From Planctomycetota bacterium (GTDB taxonomy: Bacteria; Planctomycetota; PLA2; JAEUHO01), in assembly GCA_965223505.1 (NCBI GenBank), contig CBDCWP010000042.1:64001-128000 (forward strand): DNA of 64,000 nt, given 5' to 3'. Below, in pieces: positions 29,801 through 40,100 of this stretch. The position numbers and the translations under genes are program-made. Position 1 is the first letter of the stretch. Every line of letters starts with the position of its first letter. The notes beneath the pieces are model-generated. The model was given only the letters and a program-made list of their open reading frames with translations, ran no database searches and was not told the origin of the DNA.

Positions 29801-32800
29801 GTCGTAGACGTAGTGCGTCGTGAGCGTCACCGGCGCGACGATCGACATCTCGCTCACGTGCACGGCTTCGGTGCGAACGACGTTGTCGTTCGGATCGTAG
29901 AGAAACCGTGTCTCGGTCGGCGTGGGCCCGGCGGGATCCACGATCGGCAAGCGCCGTGTGATCAGTCGGTCGGCGCCGTCGTAGACCTGCGCGTAGGTCG
30001 CGTCCCGGTCCTCGTGACGAAACGTCATGCGCCCGTTCGCGTCGTACTCCAGGATCGTGTTGATCTTGCCGTCGCCGGGGACCAGCGGCCCTTCCGTGAC
30101 CGTTGCACCGCTCGAGGGCGTCACGCCGGTCGCCAGGAACAGATCGCGATCGATGCGGAAGAGTCGGCTGTGCTCGTCGTACAGGAAGTCGCTCCCCGCA
30201 AGCAGAGTGTGGGCGCCGCCGCCCACGGCCGGACCGCGCGCCTCGTAGCGCACGCGGTTCCCCACCGGGTCGTACGCGCAAGTCTCGACGTTGCCTTCGC
30301 GGTCGGTGACGGCGATGCGCCGGTCGAAGCCGTCGTAGTCGTAGCGCGTGACGTCGCCGCCCTCCGCGTCGATGACCTGGACCCGGTTGCGGTTGTCGTC
30401 GTACAGGAAGGTTGCCGTCGAAGCATCGTTGCCTTGCCCGCCGAGCGTTCGGGCGTCGCACAGGTCGCGCGCGTCGTAGCGGAACAGACGGCGGTTCTCG
30501 CTCTGTTGGCCGGAGGTGGACGCGGGGGTGGCCACCTCGACGACGTTCTGGCTCGCGTCGTAGACGTACCGCGTCTCGAGTGCGGTCGGCTGCGCCGACG
30601 CGGGCACGGCCGGATCGCGCCGCGCATCGTGGGTCGCGGCGATGCGATCGTCGAGGATGTCGTACGCAAAGACGTGCGTGAAGACCGCGAGCCCGGGCAC
30701 GACCCCACTCTGGTGCGTGGTTCGGTCGGTCTTCTGATTCTCGACCTCGACACGGACCACGTTGTCGTTGGCGTCGTAGATGACGTCGCGCCGGTAGCCG
30801 TGCGACTGACCTGCGTCCACGACCGGCGCCTCGACGCGCACGATCTGATCGAGGGCGTTGTAGATCGTGATGAACTCGCTGCCGCGAGCGTCGTCGAATC
30901 GAATCTCGTTCCCTCGGCGGTCGCGCGTGAACGTGTGCGTTAGCGCCAGCGCCGGGCCCGGGTCCTGTCGGCGCGGTCCGATCGACGCGTCTTCGACGAC
31001 CTGCCGCAGGTATCCGCCGGTCGTGCCGTTGCGGCCCGGCGTGACGTCCTGGCCGTCGCCGTCGGGGTCGTTCTCGGGGAAGTAGGCAAACGTGTCCTGG
31101 TTGCCGCGCGGGTCCTCGAGCAACGTCAGCTGACCCAGGTCGTTCCAGACACAAAGCACCACGATGCCCTGCAGGTTGTCACCCTCGGTCGCCGCCTGCT
31201 CGGACGTGATGTCCAGGTGCACCGTCGGCGTGTCGACGCGTACGGGATTGCCCATCGACTGGTCGATACGACCGTCGAAGTTCAGGTCGCCCTGGTTGAG
31301 CAGGCCGGGCGGGATCGTGATGCCGAACTGGGCGGCCTGCGGCGGCGCGACCGTGTTCTCCATCCAGTCGTAGTGGTAGGTCGTGGTGTACCGCGCGGCC
31401 GACTGCGGTCCCCCGTTCTGGGGTAGATACGTGGCGTCGTTACCGCGCGGGTCCGTGACGGTGCGCACGAGGTTGTAGAGCGGCTCGTACGTGTAGGTCG
31501 TTCGCAGCTGCAGCTGATCGCCGCCGCGCCCGTCCGGGACGCAGGTGCGCGAGAGGAGGTTGCCGTGCCGGCAGCGGTCGGGGCTCGTGCTGTCGTACAC
31601 GAAGTCGACGCGGTTCCCGAGGGGCGTGGTGATGCGCGTCGGCAACCCGTCGCCGTTGTAGGTCACGTCGGTCGTGAAGCCGCCGCCGGACGGGGACTCG
31701 ACGGCGCGCAGACAGTGGCCGTCGCCGTCGTGGAAGTACTGGGTGGTGTTGCCGTTGCGGTCCACGACGGTCGTCATGGACGTCGATCCGGGCGGGCCGG
31801 CGACGGCGCCGAAGTCGTAGGTGTACGACAACGCGCCGCCCGCGGGCTGACCGGACGCGTTCGTCCCGCCGATCGTCTGCGAGACGACGCGGTCGAACCC
31901 GAACCCCGCGGCGCCGTACGTCACCTGGCGCGCCGGCGTGAGACTGGCATTCGCGACCTCGTTGGGTCGGATGACGCGCAGGAGGTTGCCGTTGAGACGG
32001 GGATCGCCGAATCCCGACGAGTAGGCGTACCGCTCGATCTTTCCGTTGGGGAAGTCGTTGCCCGTCGGTGTGCCGTTCACGGGCGGCGTTGTCACGGCCA
32101 CGAGATTGCCCGCCGCGTCGTAGTCGTAGGCGACGACGCGCCCGGTGAAGTCGGTCATCGAACGCAGCCGTCCCTGCCCGTCGTAGACGAAGTCGACGCG
32201 GCGGCCGAGCTCGTCGGTAATCGAGGTCGGAAGGGCGCCGGTGTAGCTCCATTGCGTTCGGTTGCCGGCACGGTCGTCGCGATGCTGGACGCGTCCCTGG
32301 AGATCGAACCGGTGCACCGTGCCGTGGGGCGAGCGCAACGACCATCCCAGCACGTCCTTCACGAGGGTCTCGAAGCAGCCGGTGACCGGCCCATACGATC
32401 CGCCGCCGATGTCCGGGAAGACGTCGAACCGCCCGGTCCCCCAGTGCACCTCGACGTCGCCGTTCAGCCGTTCGACGAGGCGCACGAAGAGGCTCGCGTC
32501 CCATCCGCGCCCCAGCGGACCGTTCGCGTCCGACTGGCTGCGGTACACGCGCACGAACCGCCAATCCGCACGCCGACAACGGATGCGCATGTCGACGCGT
32601 CGAAGTACGAGCTCGCCGCTGTGCAGCAACACGCGGCCGACTGCGTCCGACGCATCGATGCCGAAGCTCGGACTGCGCGGAGGCTGGATCACGAACGGCC
32701 CGGTCGGCAGGATCAACGTGGTGCCGCCGCCACCGCCGCAACCCAACGACAACGAGAGCAGGGTCAGCGCGCCCATCCATCGGAGGCACTTCGGGTCGGC

Positions 32801-32809
32801 GTTGCGCAT
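26876..32809 (-). CDS. Rhs/YD-repeat protein with lipoprotein-like signal, DUF6531-like N-terminal region and mosaic C-terminal extension
   Basis: LSLG-C lipobox; GPLGRGW; dozens of YDxxGN/YDxxDR repeats; core end RYRDP..F..RDPLG..N..AFAGNDPINAADPMG. Confidence 0.93.
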   Translation of the reverse strand: MRNADPKCLRWMGALTLLSLSLGCGGGGGTTLILPTGPFVIQPPRSPSFGIDASDAVGRVLLHSGELVLRRVDMRIRCRRADWRFVRVYRSQSDANGPLGRGWDASLFVRLVERLNGDVEVHWGTGRFDVFPDIGGGSYGPVTGCFETLVKDVLGWSLRSPHGTVHRFDLQGRVQHRDDRAGNRTQWSYTGALPTSITDELGRRVDFVYDGQGRLRSMTDFTGRVVAYDYDAAGNLVAVTTPPVNGTPTGNDFPNGKIERYAYSSGFGDPRLNGNLLRVIRPNEVANASLTPARQVTYGAAGFGFDRVVSQTIGGTNASGQPAGGALSYTYDFGAVAGPPGSTSMTTVVDRNGNTTQYFHDGDGHCLRAVESPSGGGFTTDVTYNGDGLPTRITTPLGNRVDFVYDSTSPDRCRHGNLLSRTCVPDGRGGDQLQLRTTYTYEPLYNLVRTVTDPRGNDATYLPQNGGPQSAARYTTTYHYDWMENTVAPPQAAQFGITIPPGLLNQGDLNFDGRIDQSMGNPVRVDTPTVHLDITSEQAATEGDNLQGIVVLCVWNDLGQLTLLEDPRGNQDTFAYFPENDPDGDGQDVTPGRNGTTGGYLRQVVEDASIGPRRQDPGPALALTHTFTRDRRGNEIRFDDARGSEFITIYNALDQIVRVEAPVVDAGQSHGYRRDVIYDANDNVVRVEVENQKTDRTTHQSGVVPGLAVFTHVFAYDILDDRIAATHDARRDPAVPASAQPTALETRYVYDASQNVVEVATPASTSGQQSENRRLFRYDARDLCDARTLGGQGNDASTATFLYDDNRNRVQVIDAEGGDVTRYDYDGFDRRIAVTDREGNVETCAYDPVGNRVRYEARGPAVGGGAHTLLAGSDFLYDEHSRLFRIDRDLFLATGVTPSSGATVTEGPLVPGDGKINTILEYDANGRMTFRHEDRDATYAQVYDGADRLITRRLPIVDPAGPTPTETRFLYDPNDNVVRTEAVHVSEMSIVAPVTLTTHYVYDVLNRVTRVTDPKGQTTRFEYDSRGNLTAQYDARGVLISDPLALFPGPINGHGNGLFVDYDGVDRPWLVTRELRVGGEGANALDTTNSHNNDGLIRLLSEWDPNGRVAERTDDAGNTTQYAYDAIDRRVSRTNPDGGVCTWTFDRDHRVTSSTDENGTVHTFTYDALDRLRSHTVAPDPTRTIAGGTLPLYVGSTELTYDYDGLSRKIVCTDNNEPGDAGDDATVRFLYDSLSRRVEEVQNGVATGTSYDADRRSTLHFPEGRVLRYEYDDHNQLTGIVEPAATPNRLEILLRRLGTAQVLRVERLIGGTQRSRTTATFDGKLLIASVAHIDQPGAGVGGVQISARNRTDQMTTAAYAYVTPGGPQMSRAFAWSYDSRGRLTTEDAMETTSLGGAAQRNVDVTYDGAQAIKNVFEDLGAGGTTNRAINRTPLHAIADAPYQADGGGTGCGMRSEDPVRLLQWDGFGRLRAVRLAVNPNAVVGVNTYDALGRRVSKEFSGGGKGLRTEHYVYDGEHVVEERVSTAALPETLTREFVYGEGTDSIHAMFADSGRDITPDAYFFHLRGPSGNVTHLVNEQGAPVEFNAYGVLDFPSVHDATTLAATAGSPLENPFLQHGRRWDTFTALYHHRARYRDPRDAEFACRDPLGKYGDAASDGNPLAFAGNDPINAADPMGRYTIKLEKARVSSYAVSGSGNGAQGAGLGLILRESEVLATMFVEGDPDRPVITGRVYNARYNESDLNFVNRLMEEEGIFYACHDNRLEFELQLRDEASTTVESFAGERPLNHSVIGYEDGKLKIGGSVGAALYVGRGTRHDAGSNLMNATRGTSTSSDAFVTNAHMSPFEMAPLVVDPTHRPGSTPSYATHAYDSPYAGASTPIDAYVMHDNALSQSLLNQAIGQGLTTSLGACVTPAAPSPVPMPYPNLTGTDCGGPWSTYGTCESGIVSHPIRDKALTLIQRLGYACEQTGLCQPWYFR

Positions 32810-32881
32810 CGGGCCGCCTTTCCGCATTCGTCCGAATGCCGGCAACAAGTATAGGAATTCGCCGTTTGCGGCGGCAATGCG

Positions 32882-34402
32882 CTAGCTTCGAAGGCTGAGG
32901 GCTTCGAGCACGTGGGCGGTACCTACGCGGTCCTCGGCGCACAGATCCGCGATCGTTCGCGCCACCTTGAGACAGCGATGCACACCGCGCGCGCTCAGGC
33001 CCAGCCGTCGGGCGCTCGAGATGAGCTGGCGCTGCGCGGTGTCGTCCGCGCCGACGCCGTCGGGTAGACGCGACGCGGCGATTCGGGCGTTCCAGGGTTC
33101 ACTCGAGCCGAGCTGTTTGGCGCGGCGCGCCTGCGCCTTGCGCGCCCGCTGCATCGCACGCGGCTCGAACGGCGTGCTCGCCCGCTCCTTCACGAGCACT
33201 TCCGGGTCGACCGGCGCCACGTCGACCCGTAGATCGAATCGATCCCGAAGCGGGCCCGAAATGCGCTGCTGATAGCGCAGGCGTGCGCTGCGCGCACAGG
33301 TACAGCGTCCCTCGACGCCGAACCATCCGCACGGGCAGGGATTGGTCGCCGCGATCAGCAGGATGCGCGCCGGGAAGCGTGCGCGTCCGGCGGCGCGTCC
33401 GATGACGATCGTTCCGTCTTCGAGGGGTTGCCGCAGCGCTTCCAACGAGACGCGGTTGAACTCGGCCAGCTCGTCGAGGAACAGCACGCCGTGATGCGCG
33501 AGGCTGACCTCGCCCGGTCGCGGGTGTGTTCCGCCCCCCACCAACCCCGCCGTGCTGGTCGTGTGATGCGGTGCGCGGAACGGGCGGCGCGTCACGAGGC
33601 CCCCTTCGAGCAGCCCCGCAATGCTGTGAATGCGACTGACGTCGACGGCTTCGTCTTTCGTGAGCGGCGGCAACACGCCGGCGAGGTGTCGTGCCAGCAG
33701 CGTCTTGCCCGAGCCGGGCGGACCGGTGAGCAGCAGGTTGTGTCCGCCGGCGGCGGCGATCCACGCCGCGCGCAATGCCGCCGGCTGTCCGCGCACCGGT
33801 GGTTCGCGATCACCTTCCCACGGCGCGGGTTGCCATGCGCGTGCGGGCTCGGGCTCCAGTGGTTCCTTCTCGGTCAGGTGACCGACGGCGGCGCGCAGCG
33901 AGTCGACGCCGACGACCGTCAACCCGTCGACCGCCGCGGCTTGCGACGCGTTGCTCGATGGCACCAGGGCGCGACGCACGCCGGCGGCGCGGGCAGCCTC
34001 GGCGGCGGCGAGCACGCCGCGCACGGGTCGGACGTTGCCGTCGAGCGTGAGCTCGCCCAGACACAGGCACTTGGCCAGCGCGTTGCGTTCGGCGCCGAGG
34101 ATGCCTTGGACGTCGAGCAGACCCAGCGCGATGGGCAGATCGAGTGCGGCGCCTTCCTTGCGCGCGGCGGCGGGCGCGAGGTTGACGGTGACGGGCCGAA
34201 ACGGCCAGGGCCAGTGGCCGTGGTGGATGGCGCTGCGGATGCGTTCGCGGCCTTCGCGCAGCGCGCTGTCGGGCAGCCCGACGATGCGAAACGAACCTGC
34301 ATCGCCCCCTTCCTGCTCACCGGCAACGGAGACCTGGACGTCGACGACTTGCGCCGACGCACCGACGACGGCCGCGCCGGCCACCCGGGTGAAGATGCGC
34401 AT
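32882..34402 (-). CDS. comM: YifB/ComM family Mg-chelatase-like AAA+ ATPase
   Basis: IVGLPD, VNLAPA, GGHNLLLTGPPGSGKT, RPFRAPHHT, PGEVSLAHHGVLFLDE, NPCPCG. Confidence 0.95.
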   Translation of the reverse strand: MRIFTRVAGAAVVGASAQVVDVQVSVAGEQEGGDAGSFRIVGLPDSALREGRERIRSAIHHGHWPWPFRPVTVNLAPAAARKEGAALDLPIALGLLDVQGILGAERNALAKCLCLGELTLDGNVRPVRGVLAAAEAARAAGVRRALVPSSNASQAAAVDGLTVVGVDSLRAAVGHLTEKEPLEPEPARAWQPAPWEGDREPPVRGQPAALRAAWIAAAGGHNLLLTGPPGSGKTLLARHLAGVLPPLTKDEAVDVSRIHSIAGLLEGGLVTRRPFRAPHHTTSTAGLVGGGTHPRPGEVSLAHHGVLFLDELAEFNRVSLEALRQPLEDGTIVIGRAAGRARFPARILLIAATNPCPCGWFGVEGRCTCARSARLRYQQRISGPLRDRFDLRVDVAPVDPEVLVKERASTPFEPRAMQRARKAQARRAKQLGSSEPWNARIAASRLPDGVGADDTAQRQLISSARRLGLSARGVHRCLKVARTIADLCAEDRVGTAHVLEALSLRS

Positions 34403-34527
34403 GCGCCATCAACGCGCAACGGAGCGTCGGGGTTACGCTTCGCCGGAAGTCGAATATCCGACAGAAAAACCGGGCTTCGTATATTTCCGAACCCCGCCGG
34501 TGGTCGCCGTGCACTCTGGCGGTGTCG

Positions 34528-35049
34528 ATGCGGAACGGATCCCGTACGCCCACGAACCTGAAGGCCTTGGAAGCCCTGGTGCGCACGCATCAGGAGCGTC
34601 TGTGGCTGTACCTGCGCTACCTCGGATGTGACGCTGCGACCGCCGAGGACGTGGTGCAGGACACGTTTCTCGAGGTGTGGCGGCGGCCCTTCGAGGAACG
34701 ATCCCCCGCTTCGACCCGGGCGTACCTGCGACGTGTCGCCAAGAACCGATTCCTGATGGCGGTTCGCAGGGGCCGCGCCGTGGTGGCGTTCGATGCCCTC
34801 GACGAGGCCGACGCGCTCTGGGCGACGCAACAGGAAGAAGACGACGGGAGCCGGTACAGCGAGGCGCTGCGCCACTGCCTAGAACGGCTCTCGGACCGCG
34901 CACGCCAGGCCATCGATCACTTCTATGGCGGCAACGCGTCACGCCGACACGTCGCAGAGCTCCTCGGGCTGAGCGTAGACGGCGTGAAGACACTCCTGCG
35001 TAGAGCGCGAAACGCGCTCAAGACCTGCATAGAGAGGCAGCCTCAGTGA
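34528..35049 (+). CDS. ECF RNA polymerase sigma factor
   Basis: AEDVVQDTFLEVW region 2; HVAELLGLSVDGVKTLLRRAR region 4. Confidence 0.93.
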   Translation: MRNGSRTPTNLKALEALVRTHQERLWLYLRYLGCDAATAEDVVQDTFLEVWRRPFEERSPASTRAYLRRVAKNRFLMAVRRGRAVVAFDALDEADALWATQQEEDDGSRYSEALRHCLERLSDRARQAIDHFYGGNASRRHVAELLGLSVDGVKTLLRRARNALKTCIERQPQ

Positions 35050-36086
35050 GATCGGATCCCCAGCTGCGAATGCTCGAGATCATGCTTCGAGCCACGTTGG
35101 GTCGCGAGTCGGCGCCCGACGTGTCGGCACGCGTCGTCGGTGAGGCATTGACCTGGCGACGAAAACGGTTCGCGCTGCGCGCCGCCGCGGCCTGCCTCCT
35201 CCTCGGCATCGGCCTGATCGTGTGGCGCGGCACGGATCCGGCACAGGCCCCGCAGCCGGAGCCCCCGGATGGCGAAGCGCCGCGGGGCCCGGCCGTGGCG
35301 CTGCTCGTTCAGCGCATGCGAGTCAGCGAGGCGGACGTCGATCTCAGCCTGCCGGACGCCTATGAGCGAATCCTCGACGGCAAGCGCGCCGCCACGGCGC
35401 TACGCGCGGCGCTGTGGCAGGGCACGGTCACCTGGGACGATCTCCGACCGCATCTTGTGGACCTGCCGACCTCGGACGCCCGCTCGGACGTTCGCCGGCG
35501 CATGCTGGACCTGCTGGCCCTGGACCGCGCGCCGGCCTCGCGGGATCTCGTGCTGGGGGCGCTTCGCAGTGATCCCCGGGCCCTGTCCATCGACGGCATG
35601 CTCGCTCTGGCGGACGAGGATGGGGAGCCCTATGTTGCGTCGCTCGTCACGAAGCAGCTCGAGGGCGCTCGACACATGGGCCAGATTCTGCCTGCCGCCT
35701 GGCACGGTCTGCGCCGCCTGGAGCCGGGCACGGAGATCCTCCGGTGGGTCGTCTCCGAGGTGCGGTTCAGCAGCGGCATGCCCCATCTCTACTACGCCGC
35801 CGCAGCCGCGCTTCGACATCGCGATCCGAACGCCTGGCGTGCGCTGCTGGACGACGTGGAAACGCTCGTCGAGCAATACCTCGACGCGCTCGAAAGACAG
35901 CCGGAGCTCCTCGAGGCCGCAGCGGCCCTCGTGCTTCGCGCTCAGTACTTCGAGCGCCACCACCGGCGGGGTCGGCCTGCGGCCCTGTCCTGGCTACCAG
36001 AACGCTTGACGGCGTTCGCGAACCAGGAAGGGGCGGCCCTGACGACACCGGCGTCCATCCGCGCCGCGCTCGCCGCTCTTCGGTGA
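35046..36086 (+). CDS. Putative single-pass anti-sigma factor
   Basis: GTGA overlap with sigma gene; short N-terminus, TM AAAACLLLGIGLIVW, Pro linker, helical extracytoplasmic domain. Confidence 0.65.
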   Translation: MRSDPQLRMLEIMLRATLGRESAPDVSARVVGEALTWRRKRFALRAAAACLLLGIGLIVWRGTDPAQAPQPEPPDGEAPRGPAVALLVQRMRVSEADVDLSLPDAYERILDGKRAATALRAALWQGTVTWDDLRPHLVDLPTSDARSDVRRRMLDLLALDRAPASRDLVLGALRSDPRALSIDGMLALADEDGEPYVASLVTKQLEGARHMGQILPAAWHGLRRLEPGTEILRWVVSEVRFSSGMPHLYYAAAAALRHRDPNAWRALLDDVETLVEQYLDALERQPELLEAAAALVLRAQYFERHHRRGRPAALSWLPERLTAFANQEGAALTTPASIRAALAALR

Positions 36087-36164
36087 ATCTGAGATCGATG
36101 AACCCTCCGATCGCGCAAATCGCACTTGCACGACGCACGTCCCTCGTGATCCACGGAGTCATCG

Positions 36165-37127
36165 ATGAACCATCTGTCCATCCATCTCAGGTCCGCCACG
36201 TTCGTCCTGTCGGCGCTGTTGTTCTCCCCGCCTCTATGGGCGGACGAAGCACCGGAACGGGGAGAGGCTCCGCGAGCCTCGGACGCGACGCGCGAGGGCA
36301 AGCGACTGGCGGAACACCTGCACGAGCTCACCCAGGAGACCGGCACCGAACCCGCGGAAGGCATGTCGGAGGCGCAGATCATGAAGATGATCCTGACCCG
36401 AAAACAAGCCGAGCGGGCGCCTGAGAGTGTGCTCGAAGTCCTCGCAGAGCACGACCGGCTCTGGCCGAGCGCGCGCGACGCGCTGTGGCGCGCCTTCGAC
36501 CGCACGACCGACGCAGCGCTGAAGCGTCGCGCGCTTCGTGTCCTCGTGCGGGACGCGGATGCGGCATCGAAGCGGCGCGTCGCCGCCGAGTTGGCTGCGC
36601 GTCCGGGTCTGTTCACGACGCGAGCGCTCTTGGTGCTCGCCGAGTCGGGGAGCCGACCGGCCCGCACCCATCTGATCGAGAACGTGCGCGACGCCGACCC
36701 GGCCAAGATCATGGGCGGCGCAACCACCAAGGAAAACCTCACGCTCGTGCTGGCCGGCCTGCACCTCGCGCAGCACGACGACGACAGCGGTCGGAAGGCC
36801 CTGCAGTGGGGACGGCGGGCCACGGCGCCCGGCGCCTATCCATGGGACCTGGCGTCAGCGTACGGGCTCACGCTCCTCGGCGACGAAGCCGCGTACCGCA
36901 ACGCACGCGACGGCTGCGTTCGGGTCGTCGCCCGGCTGCTCGACGACGGCAACACCAAGGACGCGGCTCGCGTGGCCCTGCACGTCCTGTTCTTCGACCG
37001 GGGCGTGGACGGCAAGGCGTCGATCGTTCCAACGACCATCACTCGCGACGCGGAGGCCTACGTGGAGGCAAGCGGCATCGACTTGAGCTCGGCGCCGGCA
37101 ATCCGCGCCGCGCTCGCGTCGAAGTGA
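36165..37127 (+). CDS. Exported hypothetical protein, apparent paralog of the anti-sigma extracytoplasmic domain
   Basis: Signal peptide ending LWA-D; colinear motif similarity to the preceding ORF. Confidence 0.7.
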   Translation: MNHLSIHLRSATFVLSALLFSPPLWADEAPERGEAPRASDATREGKRLAEHLHELTQETGTEPAEGMSEAQIMKMILTRKQAERAPESVLEVLAEHDRLWPSARDALWRAFDRTTDAALKRRALRVLVRDADAASKRRVAAELAARPGLFTTRALLVLAESGSRPARTHLIENVRDADPAKIMGGATTKENLTLVLAGLHLAQHDDDSGRKALQWGRRATAPGAYPWDLASAYGLTLLGDEAAYRNARDGCVRVVARLLDDGNTKDAARVALHVLFFDRGVDGKASIVPTTITRDAEAYVEASGIDLSSAPAIRAALASK

Positions 37128-37146
37128 GGATCCGACCCGGATCCTC
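37126..37146. terminator. Hairpin between convergent genes (possible terminator)
   Basis: GAGGATCCG-ACC-CGGATCCTC perfect 9-bp stem; no U-tract. Confidence 0.35.
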
Positions 37147-37188
37147 GCCGCGGCGTCGGCCGATCTGAATCGATCGAGCGCCACGCTG

Positions 37189-40100
37189 CTACGGCAGACC
37201 CCACAGCACCCATGCGGCCCAGTAGTACGGGTGCTTCCACTTGGCCTGGCCACGGACGTGCGCCTGCGCCCCGCGCAAGGCCTCGGCGGCACTGACGCCC
37301 GCGCCCGTGTTCCACAGCTCGTAGAACTTCAGCATGAACGCCTGCGTCGCCGCGTCATCGACGTCCCACAGCGAGCACACGACGCGGGATGCGCCCGCGT
37401 ACATGAAGGCGCGCGTCAGACCGACGATCCCCTCGCTCGCGACCAGCTGCCCCGTGCCGGTCGCACACGCCGAGAGAACCACGAGGTCGGCGGGAATGCG
37501 CATGCGCAGGACTTCGAGACACGTGAGGAAGCCGTCTTCTCCATCGGCGGCCGAAAGCGCCAACGCCGAGATCGCCGGACGCTCGGGATCGACGATGCCG
37601 TGGCACGCCAAATGGACCGCACGCCAATACCCTTCGCCCGCCAGCGCCTTGCGCAGCGCGGCCTCGTTCGCGTCCGCACCCAGGAGCGCGACGCTTCCGA
37701 TCTGCGTGGCCTCCTTGCGCGTCGCGGGGAGCGGCGCGAGCCTGCGCCCGCGTGCGTAGACCTCGCGCGCCTTGTCGGAGACGGAACCGTAGTCCGGATC
37801 CCCCACGGCGAGCACCTTGGTCGCGTCGACCGGTTGCTGCACATCGCGCTGCCAGACATACGCGCTGCCCGACGGCGTGAGCACGACGGGGAGCTCGAAC
37901 AGCGCGCCGAACGGGACGTACCCGAGCGGCCCGTCCGGCGAGACGAGCACCAATTGGGTCGCCGCGTCGAGCTTCAGCGGCGCGACCAACCGTGCCGCGA
38001 GCTTCGCGATCCGCGCCGCGGCATCCTCGGTGCGATCGTCGAATCGCGCGAGCGCACACAGCTCGACGATCGGCATCGCCGCGCCGAGCGATACGACGCG
38101 CACCTCGTCGCGCGTCAGCACGAACGCGACGACCTCGTCGAGGCAGAACCCGTAGAGCACGAGGACATGACCCGGCGCGAGCCGGCCCTGGATCTCCTCG
38201 ACGGGCGCCGCGCGCGGGTAGAAGACGCCCGCCTCGCGTTTCGCCTCGCGCTGGATGCGCTCGGTCACCGTCCGTAGCACCGCGACGGTTCGATCGAGCG
38301 TCTCCGCGGCACTCCGGGTCGCGCGCAGGTTGCCCGTCTCGAGCGCCGCGACGTAGCTCGCGCGCGCGGCCGCGTGCTCGGCGTGGGCCTTCGATTCCAG
38401 CTGGCGCAGCTCGGCGGGCAGATCGGTCCAGCGCATCGACTGTCGCCCGCCGAGCGCTTCGAGCAACGCGCCGGCGCGGCCGTCTTCGATGAACGTCAAG
38501 GCCTCCGCCGTTCGCTCGAGCTGCACCGCCGCGAGCGCCCCCACGGCATAAACGTCGCTGTGCTGGGCGCGCGCGGTCGCGCCCAGCGAGCCACCGAGCC
38601 CCTCCAATCCGGAAAAGACGTCCTGCAGCTCGCGTGAGGCTTCACGCGCGCGCTCGAGCGCCCGTTGCGGCTCGCCCTGTTCGAGCCAGTGCAGCCCGAC
38701 GTCGCTCAGCAGCCTGACGAGGAGCGGTGTCGCGCGCAGCCAACGCGCGTCACGGATCGCCTTCTCGAGGTCTTCGATGCCGGCGGCGTCACCCGACTTC
38801 AAACGCAGGACACCCACGTTGCCGCGCGCGCTCGCAATGGCCGCGCGGCCGCCGATCGACTCGTACATGGCCAGCGCGCGCCGTGCCGTCGTCAATGCCC
38901 GCTCGGTGTCCCCGAGGAACTCGTACATCACCGCGATGTTGCCGAGTGTGGTCGCAGCACCCGCGACGTCGCCGATGCCCTCACGGGTGGTTCGCGCTCG
39001 CTCGTAGAACGTGAGCGCCTCTTCGTGATCGCCGAGCTCGTGATGCAGGTTGCCCATGTTGCTCAGCGCGACAGCCGCCCCCTGGCGGTCGCCCATCTCG
39101 GATTGCAGCGCGTACGCCTGCTCGAAGAGGGCCAGGGCCCGCACGCGGTCGCCGGTCTTGGCGTAGACGTTTCCGAGATTCACGAGCACGGCCGCCATGC
39201 CCTGCCGGTCGCGGGTCGCCTTGCGAAGCTCGAGCGAACGCTCGTAGCTGCGCAGGGCCTCCGGATACTCGCCGAGCGCGTCGTGCGACATGCCGACATG
39301 CCCGAGCGCGAACGCCTGCCCCCGCCGATCGTCGATTCGAGAATAGAGCGCGAGGGCACGGCGCGCGTGCGCCAGCGCCTTGGGATAGTCGCCGCGCCGG
39401 TAGTGCACGACCCCGATGTTGGCCAGAATCGTCGCCTCGCCGGCGACGTTGCCCGACGTCTGCGCAAGCTGCAGGCCGCGACGTAGATGTTCGAGCGCCG
39501 CTTCGTACTCGCCGAGGAAGCGGAGGATGCTCCCGATCTGCCCGAGCGTGATCGCCGCGTCCGCCGCGTTGCCCCGCGCTTCCTGTTGGGCGAGCGCGCG
39601 CTTGGCGTAGTCCAGTGCTTCGGCGTAGTTGCCCGTCGACTCGTGGATGCCTGCGATACGGGCGGTCATCCGCGTGACCCCGCGTCCGTCCCCGAGCTCG
39701 GTACGAATTGCCAGGGACACGTTGGCCATCTCGAGCGCGCGGGCGTGCTCACCGAGCAGATAGTGAACGAGGGAGATGTTCTCGTAGAGGACACCGAGGC
39801 TGTGCCGGTTCCCGGAGGACTCGGCCAGCGCAAGCGCCCGGACGTAGGCGTCCTGCGCGTCCGCAAACGCGCCGAGCTCGCTCTTGAAGTTGCCGAGCGC
39901 GACGAGCGCGACGATCAGCTCGCGTGGGTCCCCGATCGCCTCGCGGATCGCCACGACGCGAGTCAGTGCCGAGCCCGCCCCTTGCACGTCGCCCCGGTGC
40001 AGCTTGATGCGACTCGACGCCGTCAGCAGCGCCGCAGTCTCGCGTCGCCACCCGATGCGTTCCGCCGCGTCGCGCGCAGCCTCGAGCGCCTGCTCCGCCT

